A stretch of DNA of 63,690 nucleotides, counting the filler, from Lenisia limosa (Eukaryota > Protista > Breviatea), in assembly GCA_001655205.1 (NCBI GenBank). It is 13 parts of 13 records of this genome, joined end to end, with 100 filler letters (N's around TTAATTAATTAA, not from the genome) between each part and the next. Parts side by side here need not be neighbours in the genome. Positions count along the whole stretch, not along the records: positions 53,791 to 55,636 come from LPNZ01000023.1; positions 55,737 to 57,139 come from LPNZ01001071.1; positions 57,240 to 59,648 come from LPNZ01011461.1; positions 59,749 to 61,229 come from LPNZ01002668.1; positions 61,330 to 63,690 come from LPNZ01004166.1; 8 more parts are not named here. One strand, 5' to 3'. The position numbers and the translations under genes are program-made. This document shows, piece after piece, positions 53,853 to 63,690 of the stretch (its first letter is position 1; every line of letters begins with the position of its first letter). The notes under the pieces were generated by a model. The model was given only the letters and a program-made list of their open reading frames with translations, made no database searches and was not told the origin of the DNA.

Positions 53853-55545
53853 AATGTTCCGAAAAATCCGACCCGGTAACCGACGCACAACCCACTCTCC
53901 GGACACGAACGGTACCGAAGGTCCATATTCCTCCAGGCCTTTCCGACTCTCTCACCCCCTCCGAGCCCGCCCGGAATTCCTCCATCATTCCACCGCCACT
54001 GGTGCCCTTTTTAACGAGTCTCTGTCACGAGGCCTCTCCGGCACTTTGGCTTGCCGCTGCGGATCTATGCATGCATCCCAGCATGCTCCTCCCGAAAACT
54101 GAGCCGAAACCGGAGCCGGTGCCAGTAATTTCTAAGCCGCCGGGCTTGTCCTTCGACGCTCCTCCGGGTCTTGGTCCGCTTTCGTCTGAAGCGGAAGACC
54201 CGATCATCATGTTTGCCGAGATTGAGTCGGAACTGGACAAGAGCTTGACAAACTATGTTGACCAAGTGGCGAGGGTTTTAGGCTCGGAGCAGACCCGGGG
54301 AATCTACCCGGACGTCCCCCGAAATAGTTTCACTCAGTACAGCACTGGGCCCTCTATTATTGGAATGATGAACCTCTTATCGCCCGTGGACAATGCCATG
54401 CCCCCAAATAATGACGCCTTTAATGGCGCAAACGGTGGTGCGAATGGCGTGAATGGTGACAAGCTCTGTGAGGACTCTGCAGTGACATTAGAGTCGACTC
54501 GGGCAAAGAAAATGAAGACTACCAAGACCGAATCTTTGATTGCTTCCCAGCTCGCTCTTCAAGAACTCCATGTTTGAGGGGGGTATTTATGCTTTTTTTA
54601 TATTTTTTTTATTTTGGGGGGTAAGTCCTCAATATACCCGCAACTAATTCATCAGATGTCAATGGAGCAGTCACAAGATTCCATTGACCCGAACCTCAGC
54701 AAGCTATTTGAGGCTGTCCCATTTACGCCTGCCTCCTCCAGTGACCAGCCCTGCGACGCTGGTGGGCCAACTGTCCTCATTTTTCATCATCATTAATTTT
54801 ATTATTTTTATTTTTTTTTGGGGGGGGGGGAGGTTGGGGTCTTCGGTCATTTCTCATTGCTATATTCATCAGTATAATGGTCATTTCTTTCAACATTCAC
54901 TCCATTCAGCCTGGAATTCAATGCTCAAACAAGTACACGCGTCTGTAGCTTCCGACTCCTCTTTCCTGCAACCTCCTCCCGGGACAAACCCACATCCGCA
55001 ACCTTCCGCTCCCGCTCCATTGTACGCTGTTCTAGGATTATTCTTGTTGCTGCTTGTCTCCTTTTTATTCTTCTTCTTCTTCTTCTTCTTCTTCTTCTTC
55101 TTCTTCTTCTTCTTCTTCTTCTTCTTCATCGTCTTCTTCTTGATGCTACTCTTGCAGTTGTTTTGATTCTCTTTCGAATCTTATTAGATTTTTCATATTA
55201 CTTCTTACTTTGTATGATGATATTTTGCATTATTATTTGTTGCATAATCTGTCGCTTTACACCTCCCTCTCAAAAAAACAGTATTTTACCAACCCTTGTG
55301 TGTTGTCTGCCAATAGAGTTGATTTGGGCCTTTTTTTGTTTCATAAATTTTTCAATTTTACCCCCCCCCCCAGAATGGCAAATTTCACAGACTTGGTCTT
55401 CTCGCAAGACGCTGTGTATGATAAGGGTGGCGACATAATGGCAGCCGAAGCCTGCAGAATCAGTTTAGCGGTCCGGTCCGGGAGGAAAGTTCTTCCGATC
55501 CGCGACACAATTCAAGGCAACCTGCAGTTGAATGCCATGTATAAG
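53853..55545 (+). CDS. Pro/Ser-rich hypothetical protein fragment
   Basis: A ~720-nt open exon (53853-54571) plus exons MSMEQSQDSIDPNLSKLFE and MANFTDLVFSQDAVYDKGG; no domain recognised. Confidence 0.55.
55067..55140. repeat. (TTC)n microsatellite
   Basis: More than 20 consecutive TTC units; source of the spurious poly-F and poly-K ORFs. Confidence 0.95.
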
Positions 55546-55739
55546 TATGAGGGGGTGTATTATTGTATTAGTAGAGCTGATAGGGGTCTTAAACTTTCCA
55601 TTTTTACTGATTGCAAATTGACCCCCCCCCCCCCCCNNNNNNNNNNNNNNNNNNNNNNNNNNNNNNNNNNNNNNNNNNNNTTAATTAATTAANNNNNNNN
55701 NNNNNNNNNNNNNNNNNNNNNNNNNNNNNNNNNNNNACT

Positions 55740-56610
55740 ATCACGCGCTTCGCGTCGACGTTGTCTTTTGATTGAGGCGGTTTCCTGGGATTTGGTCAGA
55801 CTGAGATATGGGAGGGATATAAATTTACACTGATAATGAGAAATTAGCCTTTCTGCAGCTCCTACATAGGGATCCGCTTCGGTAGCAAAATGACCGGTAA
55901 ATATCGATAGTTTTCGAGGATTTATCGAACATCCAGTCGTTTTTTGAACCGAAATAAAGCCCTAACCCCCACCCCTCCACTCCACGAATCTTTGTTTATC
56001 AGCGTTTTTTTTGANNNNNNNNNNNNNNNNNNNNNNNNNNNNNNNNNNNNNNNNNNNNNNNNNNNNNNNNNNNNNNNNNNNNNNNNNNNNNNNNNNNNNN
56101 ATATTTATCAGCAGATATTAATCAGCATTTTTTTGACATTCACAGATGTTTCTCCGCGTATTTTTAAGCACCTACCCTCAGGTTTGCCAGTTGGATCGAC
56201 AGGTTCTGAGTAGACTTGCCGAGACGCTGACCGGCATGCTTCTTCGCCTGTGGGGGTTGTTATGCGGGTCATTTATGTGGAGGGCGCCAAGGAGCGATGG
56301 CGCGGAAGTACGGTAATTTGTTATGGTATCCCTATGTATTCATTTGTTTCCCTAGATTTCTAATGTATATTATTTCTCTTGTGTTTTTTTAAAAAGTAGT
56401 TGGGGTTTATGCACGGTATAATTTAAATTATATACGTGGGGATTAATATCAAAAAATAAAGATTAATTTCTCAATTAATTGCGCTGAGTTGTGATATACC
56501 CCATTCCCGACCTTTTTGAGTTTCTGGTCTCGTGTGGACGCGGACGCTGAGCTGGATTGCGCCAGCGCCACTGCATTGCGCGTCTCTGTCTTGACAAAGC
56601 TGTCACCTTG
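55740..56610 (-). CDS. Hypothetical protein fragment
   Basis: In-phase exons GDSFVKTETRNAVALAQSSS...KLKK|AKKHAGQRLGKSTQNLSIQLANLR with good splice signals. Confidence 0.45.
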
Positions 56611-57259
56611 GAGGGAGTGGGGTCAATGTGGGCAATGATGAAACACAGAACCAAATCAACCCTGTTGACTAGCAACATATGAGGGTTGAAAACAACAAAA
56701 CAGCGCCCTGAGAAAAATACGGTTATTGGGTCTTGGAAACAAAAGAGAGAACGAACCCTCAGAACCCAAAAATCAACAATTATGAAACAAACAGAGTCAA
56801 CGTGGGGGGTTGGTCTGTAGCAAACAAAGAACGTTGCAAAAAAGAGGAAAATAATGTTTTACTCAGCCACATAGTTTGTTTTAATGTTTAATTCTATCAT
56901 TGATTTCCAAACACATTCTTCCTTTCATCTTGGGAGTTACAGTTAAATCATTGGAAAATAATGAGAACATCGGCCTCTACCTTTTTCAATTCTGAGTGTG
57001 TGACTGAAGCACGTAGGATTTTGTTTTTGTTTTTAATACTGTTTCTTTGTTTATATTTTTATGATCAAATGGTCTTAGGATATCTGTAGAGTCCAGAAAT
57101 GTGATATTTTTTGGAAATGTGATATTTTTTCGAAAAAATNNNNNNNNNNNNNNNNNNNNNNNNNNNNNNNNNNNNNNNNNNNNTTAATTAATTAANNNNN
57201 NNNNNNNNNNNNNNNNNNNNNNNNNNNNNNNNNNNNNNNCAGTAACCCCTCCCCCCCAC

Positions 57260-59391
57260 TCCGCATTCTCATATGCAATCCGAGCGCATATCACGACAGT
57301 GGTGCTGACGGGCGAGACGTTGATCGCATTTGAGCAAAGATGGACAATAATCTGGGGGATGTCGGGTGTTTAGATGTGAATAATAAAAAAAGGTGTGTCA
57401 GACAGCAGCAGTTGTAAACTAAACACATGAAAAAGAACAATGTACAATATTACTTCACCCAGCATTCCCCTCTTGATAACACCCCTAAACCTGTGTTATC
57501 AAAGCAACTTGCCCCGTCAGTAGAAGAGGAGTCCCAGGGGCAATAAACGCACACAGCTCGATTCTCTGATGGGGGTGAAATGGAAAGTAATGTGTTTTAA
57601 TATTTGATAAAATGTATCCCAAGATACTTGGTGGCATGAAGTATCGATTGTCATCTTCCATTATGTATATATTGTGCATCCATTGTAGCCAAAACAACAA
57701 ACGTGACATGATGGCTCACTTTCTCGCAGGCAGAAGGCGCAATAACTCCGATAGCATCTTCAATGCACGTGATAATCGAGAAAACAACCTGGAGGGAGAG
57801 GGGGTAAGAGAAAACAACCTGGAGAAAAGGGCAATATCATCCAATCATTTCCAGCATAATATCATATCCAATCATTTAACGCATCATCAAAGCCCAAATC
57901 ACGCATCATCCACCCACATTTTCAGGCACCGAAGACCGATCGCCCTGGGAAACCAGGCGGGAGTAGTTAAGCAGGCTGTTGAGCGTCGAAAGGACCACAA
58001 GGGAGGAGTGCAGAATGGCGTCAACAAGGAGACGCTGACGGAGTAAAAGTCAAAGGCCTTGGTAAAAAAACACAGAAAAAGGAACAGTTTCGAGCAAAAA
58101 ATAAAACCCTGAATCAGAAAAAGGAACAGTTTTGAGCAAAAAATAAAACCCTGAATCAACGCTGATGGATAAACATTTGATAACCATACAAAAGTTGAAC
58201 AACCAAACACACAAAGCCCCCAGTGTATGCTGATGCTTAATGAAAGAATTGCTGATGTCACTGCCACCTACACTCACCCGGCCAGTTGATCTGGGTTTCT
58301 CCCTTGTCATCCACCTTAATGATACTGAGCCCAGCATTCAACATAGGCATTTATTTATATATTATCGTACGCATCCGATCCCTCCACCAACTCAGGCTTG
58401 GTCTGATCCCTCCACCAACCCAGGCTTGGTCTGATCCACCAACCGAAGAGTGGTCGAGCGACGAGTGAGCCAGCAACTCCGACGCGTTGACAGAAGCCGA
58501 TAGCGGCGACCGCAGCTCATGCGACACAAACGCAAGAAACTGGAGGGGCGTGAAGAAACTATTTTAAAAAAAGAGAATTTGTTGGCTAATAATGATGACT
58601 TTGTTCATGGTTCTGACCCCCCACCTCGTTTTTGGCACGCAATATTGAATCCTTCTCGGACACCAGATCCATGACCTCCTGTCGCTGGTCGTTGATATCT
58701 GCCTCACACATCAGGAGAAGGTCGTTACAGATCGTGGCGTACACGTCGTGGATGCGCGAGCCTGTGGGGGGGGGNNNNNNNNNNNNNNNNNNNNNNNNNN
58801 NNNNNNNNNNNNNNNNNNNNNNNNNNNTGACAACACACAAGGATTGAGAACAACAAAACAAAAATAGGCCTTATTGGTATATTGGGCGTACCTTGGATGG
58901 TTTTGATTCCACATGTAGTCTCGAAGGTGGTTGGGCCTTGGTCTGAGTCGTTCCTAGGCTGGTGAGCAACGCAAAGAGACAATCTGCTAGGACTTGAAAA
59001 AAGGTGTAAATGTCGGGTGGACTTATTCTTCAACAGGTATTTGATCAAAATATATGCTTTGTATTTAGGGCTTCACTTCGGTTCGAAATAAGAGCGAATT
59101 TCTCAATGAATCCTTGAAAACTATCGATATTTTATTGATCTTTTTCAGACCAGAGTGAACCCTATTACACAGTTATCGTGGTTAGCTTCCGCTTCAGAAT
59201 ATGTATAAGAGAATAATGCCATGGGAAATGTGGAATAATGAATAGAACTTCCAAACAGTCAGGAAAATACCAAAAACATCGATATTTACGAGGCAACTTT
59301 CGAGAAATTCAGAAGGCAAATGCAAAGAAGCTTACGGGTTGGGGGTCAGTAAGGCCTGTAGAAGAGCCACACCATCCTCGCCGTGATGCAT
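57260..59391 (-). CDS. Sensor histidine kinase (HisKA + start of HATPase_c), partial
   Basis: RAKNE|FLAFVSHELRSPLSASVNASELLAHSSLDHSS|RLLVDAILHSSLVVLSTLNSLLNYSRL...|RIELCAFIAPGTPLLLTGQVALITQ|IIVHLCSNAINVS. The H-box and N-box are both present. Confidence 0.9.
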
Positions 59392-59764
59392 NNNNNNNNN
59401 NNNNNNNNNNNNNNNNNNNNNNNNNNNNNNNNNNNNNNNNNNNNNNNNNNNNNNNNNNNNNNNNNGGTAGGAAAATGGAGGTCAGATGTAGTTCAAAAGT
59501 GGACAAAATCAAACCTCTGAAACTATCTAATAGTGTTTTAGATATACACATTATTTTAATCTCATATCTTAATAATAATTATTTGTGCGTAGGGTTACCA
59601 TGAGGCTTTTTGATCATCATAATCTTGAGATGTATTGCAGATGGCACANNNNNNNNNNNNNNNNNNNNNNNNNNNNNNNNNNNNNNNNNNNNTTAATTAA
59701 TTAANNNNNNNNNNNNNNNNNNNNNNNNNNNNNNNNNNNNNNNNNNNNTAATTCAAAATAGCAA

Positions 59765-61010
59765 GGTAGTAAAATCATTCCTTTCCACAACTTCGAATGT
59801 CCATTTTCTCCTTACAGTAAGGGTCACGGCAGGGTTGATCTAAAACGTCACACAACTGGCTCTTCTTTGGGTTATTGAGAGCAAACCTTGAAGTGCATGG
59901 GGATGTGTCGCACGTCGTCGTTGTTCTTGTTCTCCGAGATGGTGACCTCACCGCTCCAGTCACCAGGTGTACAAGATGCCAATGGCACGACATATATGGA
60001 TGCGTTGACCTGGAGAGGGGGTAAACATTGAATATGAAACCGCCATTATAAACATAAAACACACGTGGGTTGAGAATATTTTTGTGAACAATGCAGCATC
60101 GAATCAAGGTAAAAATGAAGGAAATATGATTGTGGGGAAAGATACTCATGAAGGACTGGATAATGAGGGGAGGGGGGGGTTAAACCAAGGAAATTTAAAC
60201 CAAGGAAATTTCGATGAAGAGTATTGGCGTAAAGGTAAGGTATAACCCAAAATTTCAAAACATCTTAGCTGGACAGACTTTATCCCCATACAGTGCATTG
60301 AGCCTTTAGAGTGATAATGGCGCTATTGTGGTAGAGACCTCTTCGCCGGTTTTCAACAGCTCGCAGCCGACTGGTTCTCCTCGCATTGTCTAGGGGGTCA
60401 AGGGGGCGGGGGCAGAAGAAACTAAACTGGTAGTATTTAACATGATTTGTAGTTCAAAAAAAGAAAGACAGAACTCATATACCCCCTGGCCACAGTCGGA
60501 ATTGCCCTCGTCCTCGCTGGTCAAGAACTCGCTATCCGACTCCATGACCTCCGAGAAGCTCAACGGGCTGGGTGCCTCCGATACATCTTTTCTCTTCAGC
60601 AGGCCACGGAGGTGCCTCAGTTTCTTCTCAACCTGGGCAATAACAACTCCAATGAAACCATACTATTAAGGGGCAGCATACCTTTGTGATTTTATCAACT
60701 TTGCCCTTTCTCGTTGCAATCTTGAGCTTTTGCTGCTGCTTCGTGATCTCTCCCTCGATTTGCTGTAAAGGTAAACGCTAAGCGATTTGCTGTGAACGCT
60801 AGGCAGGCAGGTCTCCACGCAGAGCCTTGCGGGTGCATCAGCTAACACGAGATAGACGCATATGAGGTATGTAAAAGGGATAATTAATTAAATGGCGGAT
60901 GTAAACATAAAGAATAAGGAGACAAACCTTGGCCATTTTCTCGGACACCAGCTCTTCGGGCTGATCGACGTGGAACCACACCTCCACCTCCTCTTGTGCT
61001 ACTGGGTCAG
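59765..61010 (-). CDS. Hypothetical multi-exon protein fragment
   Basis: Exons EVEVWFHVDQPEELVSEKMAK, VEKKLRHLRGLLKRKDVSE, DNARRTSRLRAVENRRRG and VNASIYVVPLASCTPGDWSGEVTI with GT-AG ends. Confidence 0.5.
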
Positions 61011-61639
61011 AGGAGGCAATTCACGTCGATTTGAGAGTATTCAAGCGGAAACAAAAGAAAGCAGCTATGTATTAGATATGTAAGATAGCATAATGTTGTG
61101 AATAAGAAAGCGGAAATGAGGAATTCCCAGTTCTCCGAAAAAGACCAATTTAACCACGATTTTGTGTCGAGAGCTTCTCAAAAGGATCTTAGAGCAAGCC
61201 ACCCCCCCCTCTTTCTAACATGAAAGGTCNNNNNNNNNNNNNNNNNNNNNNNNNNNNNNNNNNNNNNNNNNNNTTAATTAATTAANNNNNNNNNNNNNNN
61301 NNNNNNNNNNNNNNNNNNNNNNNNNNNNNAGTGCAAGACTCTATGGATCAAACGAGATAATTATTTCCTAGTAATTGGGACTACATACAAATCAGCCACT
61401 ATCGAATCAATTCAAGGTACTAAGCGCAAAGAACCCACTTTCGGCAGGACCAGACCAAGACGCCTCCCCTAATAGCGTCAAAAACTCTCGGCCCCCACAC
61501 AACAAAGGATGACTCAAATGAGTTTGCCCTATTTTCAGAAATTGATACAAGATAAAACAGAATTACCATACTACTTATCATCGTTTGCCAACTGGGGATC
61601 TGAGTTGGTGAGGTAAAAAAAAGAAATAGGACCCTTACT

Positions 61640-63674
61640 TAGCCGAAGATCTCTCGCATCCCCCTCCTTTCAACGAACACTTCTGAGCGGAGATGGGCAA
61701 CCAAACCCTTGCCGATGTCTTTGGCAGGATCTAAAGCTAACTCCTCCACTGACTGCTTCAGCAAGGCGTAATCCTTGGTGAGCCATTGTGAGCCCTTCTG
61801 GCGGAAATTGGGGTAGTCCCGGAGGTGACCAAGTTCGTGCCTCAGCCCTCTTCACCAGGAATGGCTTTGTCTTGCTGGACAAATCCCGCAGGTACCTTGA
61901 GAGCCAGTCCTTTTGGATAACTAGAGAGCAAAAAGGAACAAAGGACCTTACCTTCATTCGTCTCTAAACGAGAGAGGTTATACCTCGCCTTGGCAATCTC
62001 GCTTCTTGACTTGAGGAACTCCAGCGACGTACAGGATGTGGTGGCGTTGAGGTAGCGAAGGTGTGCATGGAAGGACTCCAAGTAAGTAGAAGAAAGAACT
62101 CTGGTGGAAGTTGCATTAGATGGAAGTATGATACCAACCCTCCTCACTCAAATGGTTTTATTGTCAAAAGTGAACAGTAGATGACAATAAACCTACAGAT
62201 ACTTGTGCTTGGCATGGGCAACAATGACGTCCATAGGTCCTGCCAGGGTCAGGGAGTGGATGTTGGCTTGAAGTCCTTAGAAAGAAGTGTCAGGTCAGGA
62301 TATGCAATCACCTAAAAATAATAAGAAACAAGCTTCTGGAATTTTCCTTTTGATGATGAATTTGGCAATGTCACGATATCTTAAGGATGCCCAAAAAATG
62401 TTGTTCGACTGAATCATGCTGCCTAACTCTTCTGTTTTCACAATATATGTCGAACTATTAATTACCAGGTCTTTGTTTGTCCAATCAGCAATGACAAAAA
62501 GTAAGAAAACCTGGGAATTCATGTGGGAAATGACACCACTGCAAATTGGAAGCACTGAATGGATGTGTTTGAGTTTCTTCAAGCGAAAGGTCTTGTGACC
62601 ACAAACAACAAACCAAGGTCTTGAGACCCTGGTAACCGACACTAAAATATCATATCTCTTTCAATTGCACATAAGGAAGTATGACTCTTGGGGAAAGGAG
62701 AATTTAGTATCTCTAACCTCTTTAAGAACTCAGAGTAAGACTTCAGTCGCCTTCTTATCAGATCCGAATTGAACCCGGTACCAGGTTCCCAGAAGTCCTT
62801 ATACTTCTTACGTAAAGTTGATTCTAAAGATACTTGTGACACACAATGCAAGAGAGAATACCAAAAAATCTCCAGTTCCAACCTTCAGGAAGGACGAATG
62901 CTAGTGCAAGGCGGGCACGGGCATATAAGGACGGTCCACTGTGACAGGAGGATGACACCCAGGTCATAGTTTTCCTTATATATACATGATAACAACAGGT
63001 ACCACCAAACCTCTGTGAATCGTTTTTTTTTTCTGCTTTGAAAGGAAAAGAAAAAGAGAGAAATGGCCTTTTCAAGGGTAAACTCCTTGAGCTTACAGCC
63101 CGCGAAGACAGAGGCAGCTTGGCGGATGACACTTGCAAGTAAAAAAACATACTGAATGATAAAAAGGTAGGGGCTTTTAAAACAAACGGATCTTCCTCAA
63201 AAGAGGCCTAATAGTCTAAGTTGTAATGTAGGAGCCTGTATCAACGCGAGGGGCTGACCAGGGGACTTCAGAGTGATTTCCACGCAATTTTGATTTCTTT
63301 TGATTCTTTGCTTTTTCGTGTTTTGTTTTCTCAAAGCTCTATACCTACGTTTTAATTTTCCTTTTTTTTTTTTCTCTTTTTATAGGGCCTTCCCACTGTC
63401 TGAAAAAGCCGCAATCTTTCATGATTATATTCAGCATATTTTTTATCGTTTTCACACGTGTGAACTTTCATTTTCCATGGAGTTATAAACAATAGCTATG
63501 CATATACTCAACCTGAATCCTGGTTTCAGTCGAAAGAATCTTGGGTTATAATACTTCGACTGGATTTACGGATTAAGACTCACCCCTCGTCAACGAAATG
63601 TCACAGAAACTGGCCGTACCCCTCCCAGCGGCGCAGACAAGAAAGAAGGCCCGGAGTGGGTGGGGGCAATACTC
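61640..63674 (-). CDS. Hypothetical multi-exon protein fragment
   Basis: Exons KYKDFWEPGTGFNSDLIRRRLKSYSEFLK, TFRLKKLKHIHSVLPIC, GLQANIHSLTLAGPMDVIVAHAKHKYL and YLESFHAHLRYLN. Family not recognised. Confidence 0.5.
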
Positions 63675-63690
63675 TGGAGAGGTGGACATA

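Noticed and set aside
33838-58445. Tandem repeats (33838, 38680, 49783, 58070, 58375) as CRISPR arrays
   Set aside because: Units are directly adjacent with no unique spacers, there are no cas genes, and the context is eukaryotic introns.
17568-61285. TTAATTAATTAA recurring 12 times as a biological repeat or recombination site
   Set aside because: Always centred in ~100-bp N blocks, encodes stops in six frames and cuts genes: an artificial concatenation linker. Any cross-spacer gene cluster is therefore also rejected.
51415-61840. Apparent frame breaks at ~51420 (CAAATTTAG) and ~61830 as programmed frameshifts
   Set aside because: A single-base homopolymer error or an unrecognised splice site explains them more simply; no stimulatory structure was seen.
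61640-63674. INPP4-like phosphatase identity for the last gene
   Set aside because: Only vague resemblance; diagnostic motifs (FVPTNLH, CKSAKDRT) were not found.

Overview
Draft genome of an intron-rich, standard-code eukaryote, probably a protist. An amoebozoan-like origin is only an inference from gene content (WASH complex, hybrid-type His kinase, Sec-GPx). The window is not one chromosome segment: 12 copies of the artificial spacer N..TTAATTAATTAA..N join 13 pieces, so adjacency across a spacer is meaningless. Most entries in the ORF track are spurious because genes are split into many small exons. Genes reconstructed by manual splicing: strumpellin/WASHC5 3' end, AAR2, a beta-helix protein, a C2-domain AGC kinase, a selenocysteine glutathione peroxidase with a SECIS-like hairpin, a mitochondrial carrier, a GLUG-like/Ig-like surface protein, an ankyrin protein, a GW-repeat protein, a DUF3537/gustatory-receptor-like multi-TM protein, a NADAR/YbiA protein, a ZNFX1/Upf1-like helicase fragment, a RhoGAP with coiled coil, a DDHD+LNS2 (RdgB/Nir-like) protein and a His kinase. 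Introns carry several small dispersed repeat families. Three are MITE-like with terminal inverted repeats. Others are non-palindromic, lie mostly sense to the host gene and often end in a poly-C tract that runs into the 3' splice site. Best leads: (1) these splice-site-supplying intron repeats, (2) a SECIS with a non-canonical GA/AA core, (3) a candidate 7TM ion-channel/chemoreceptor homolog.
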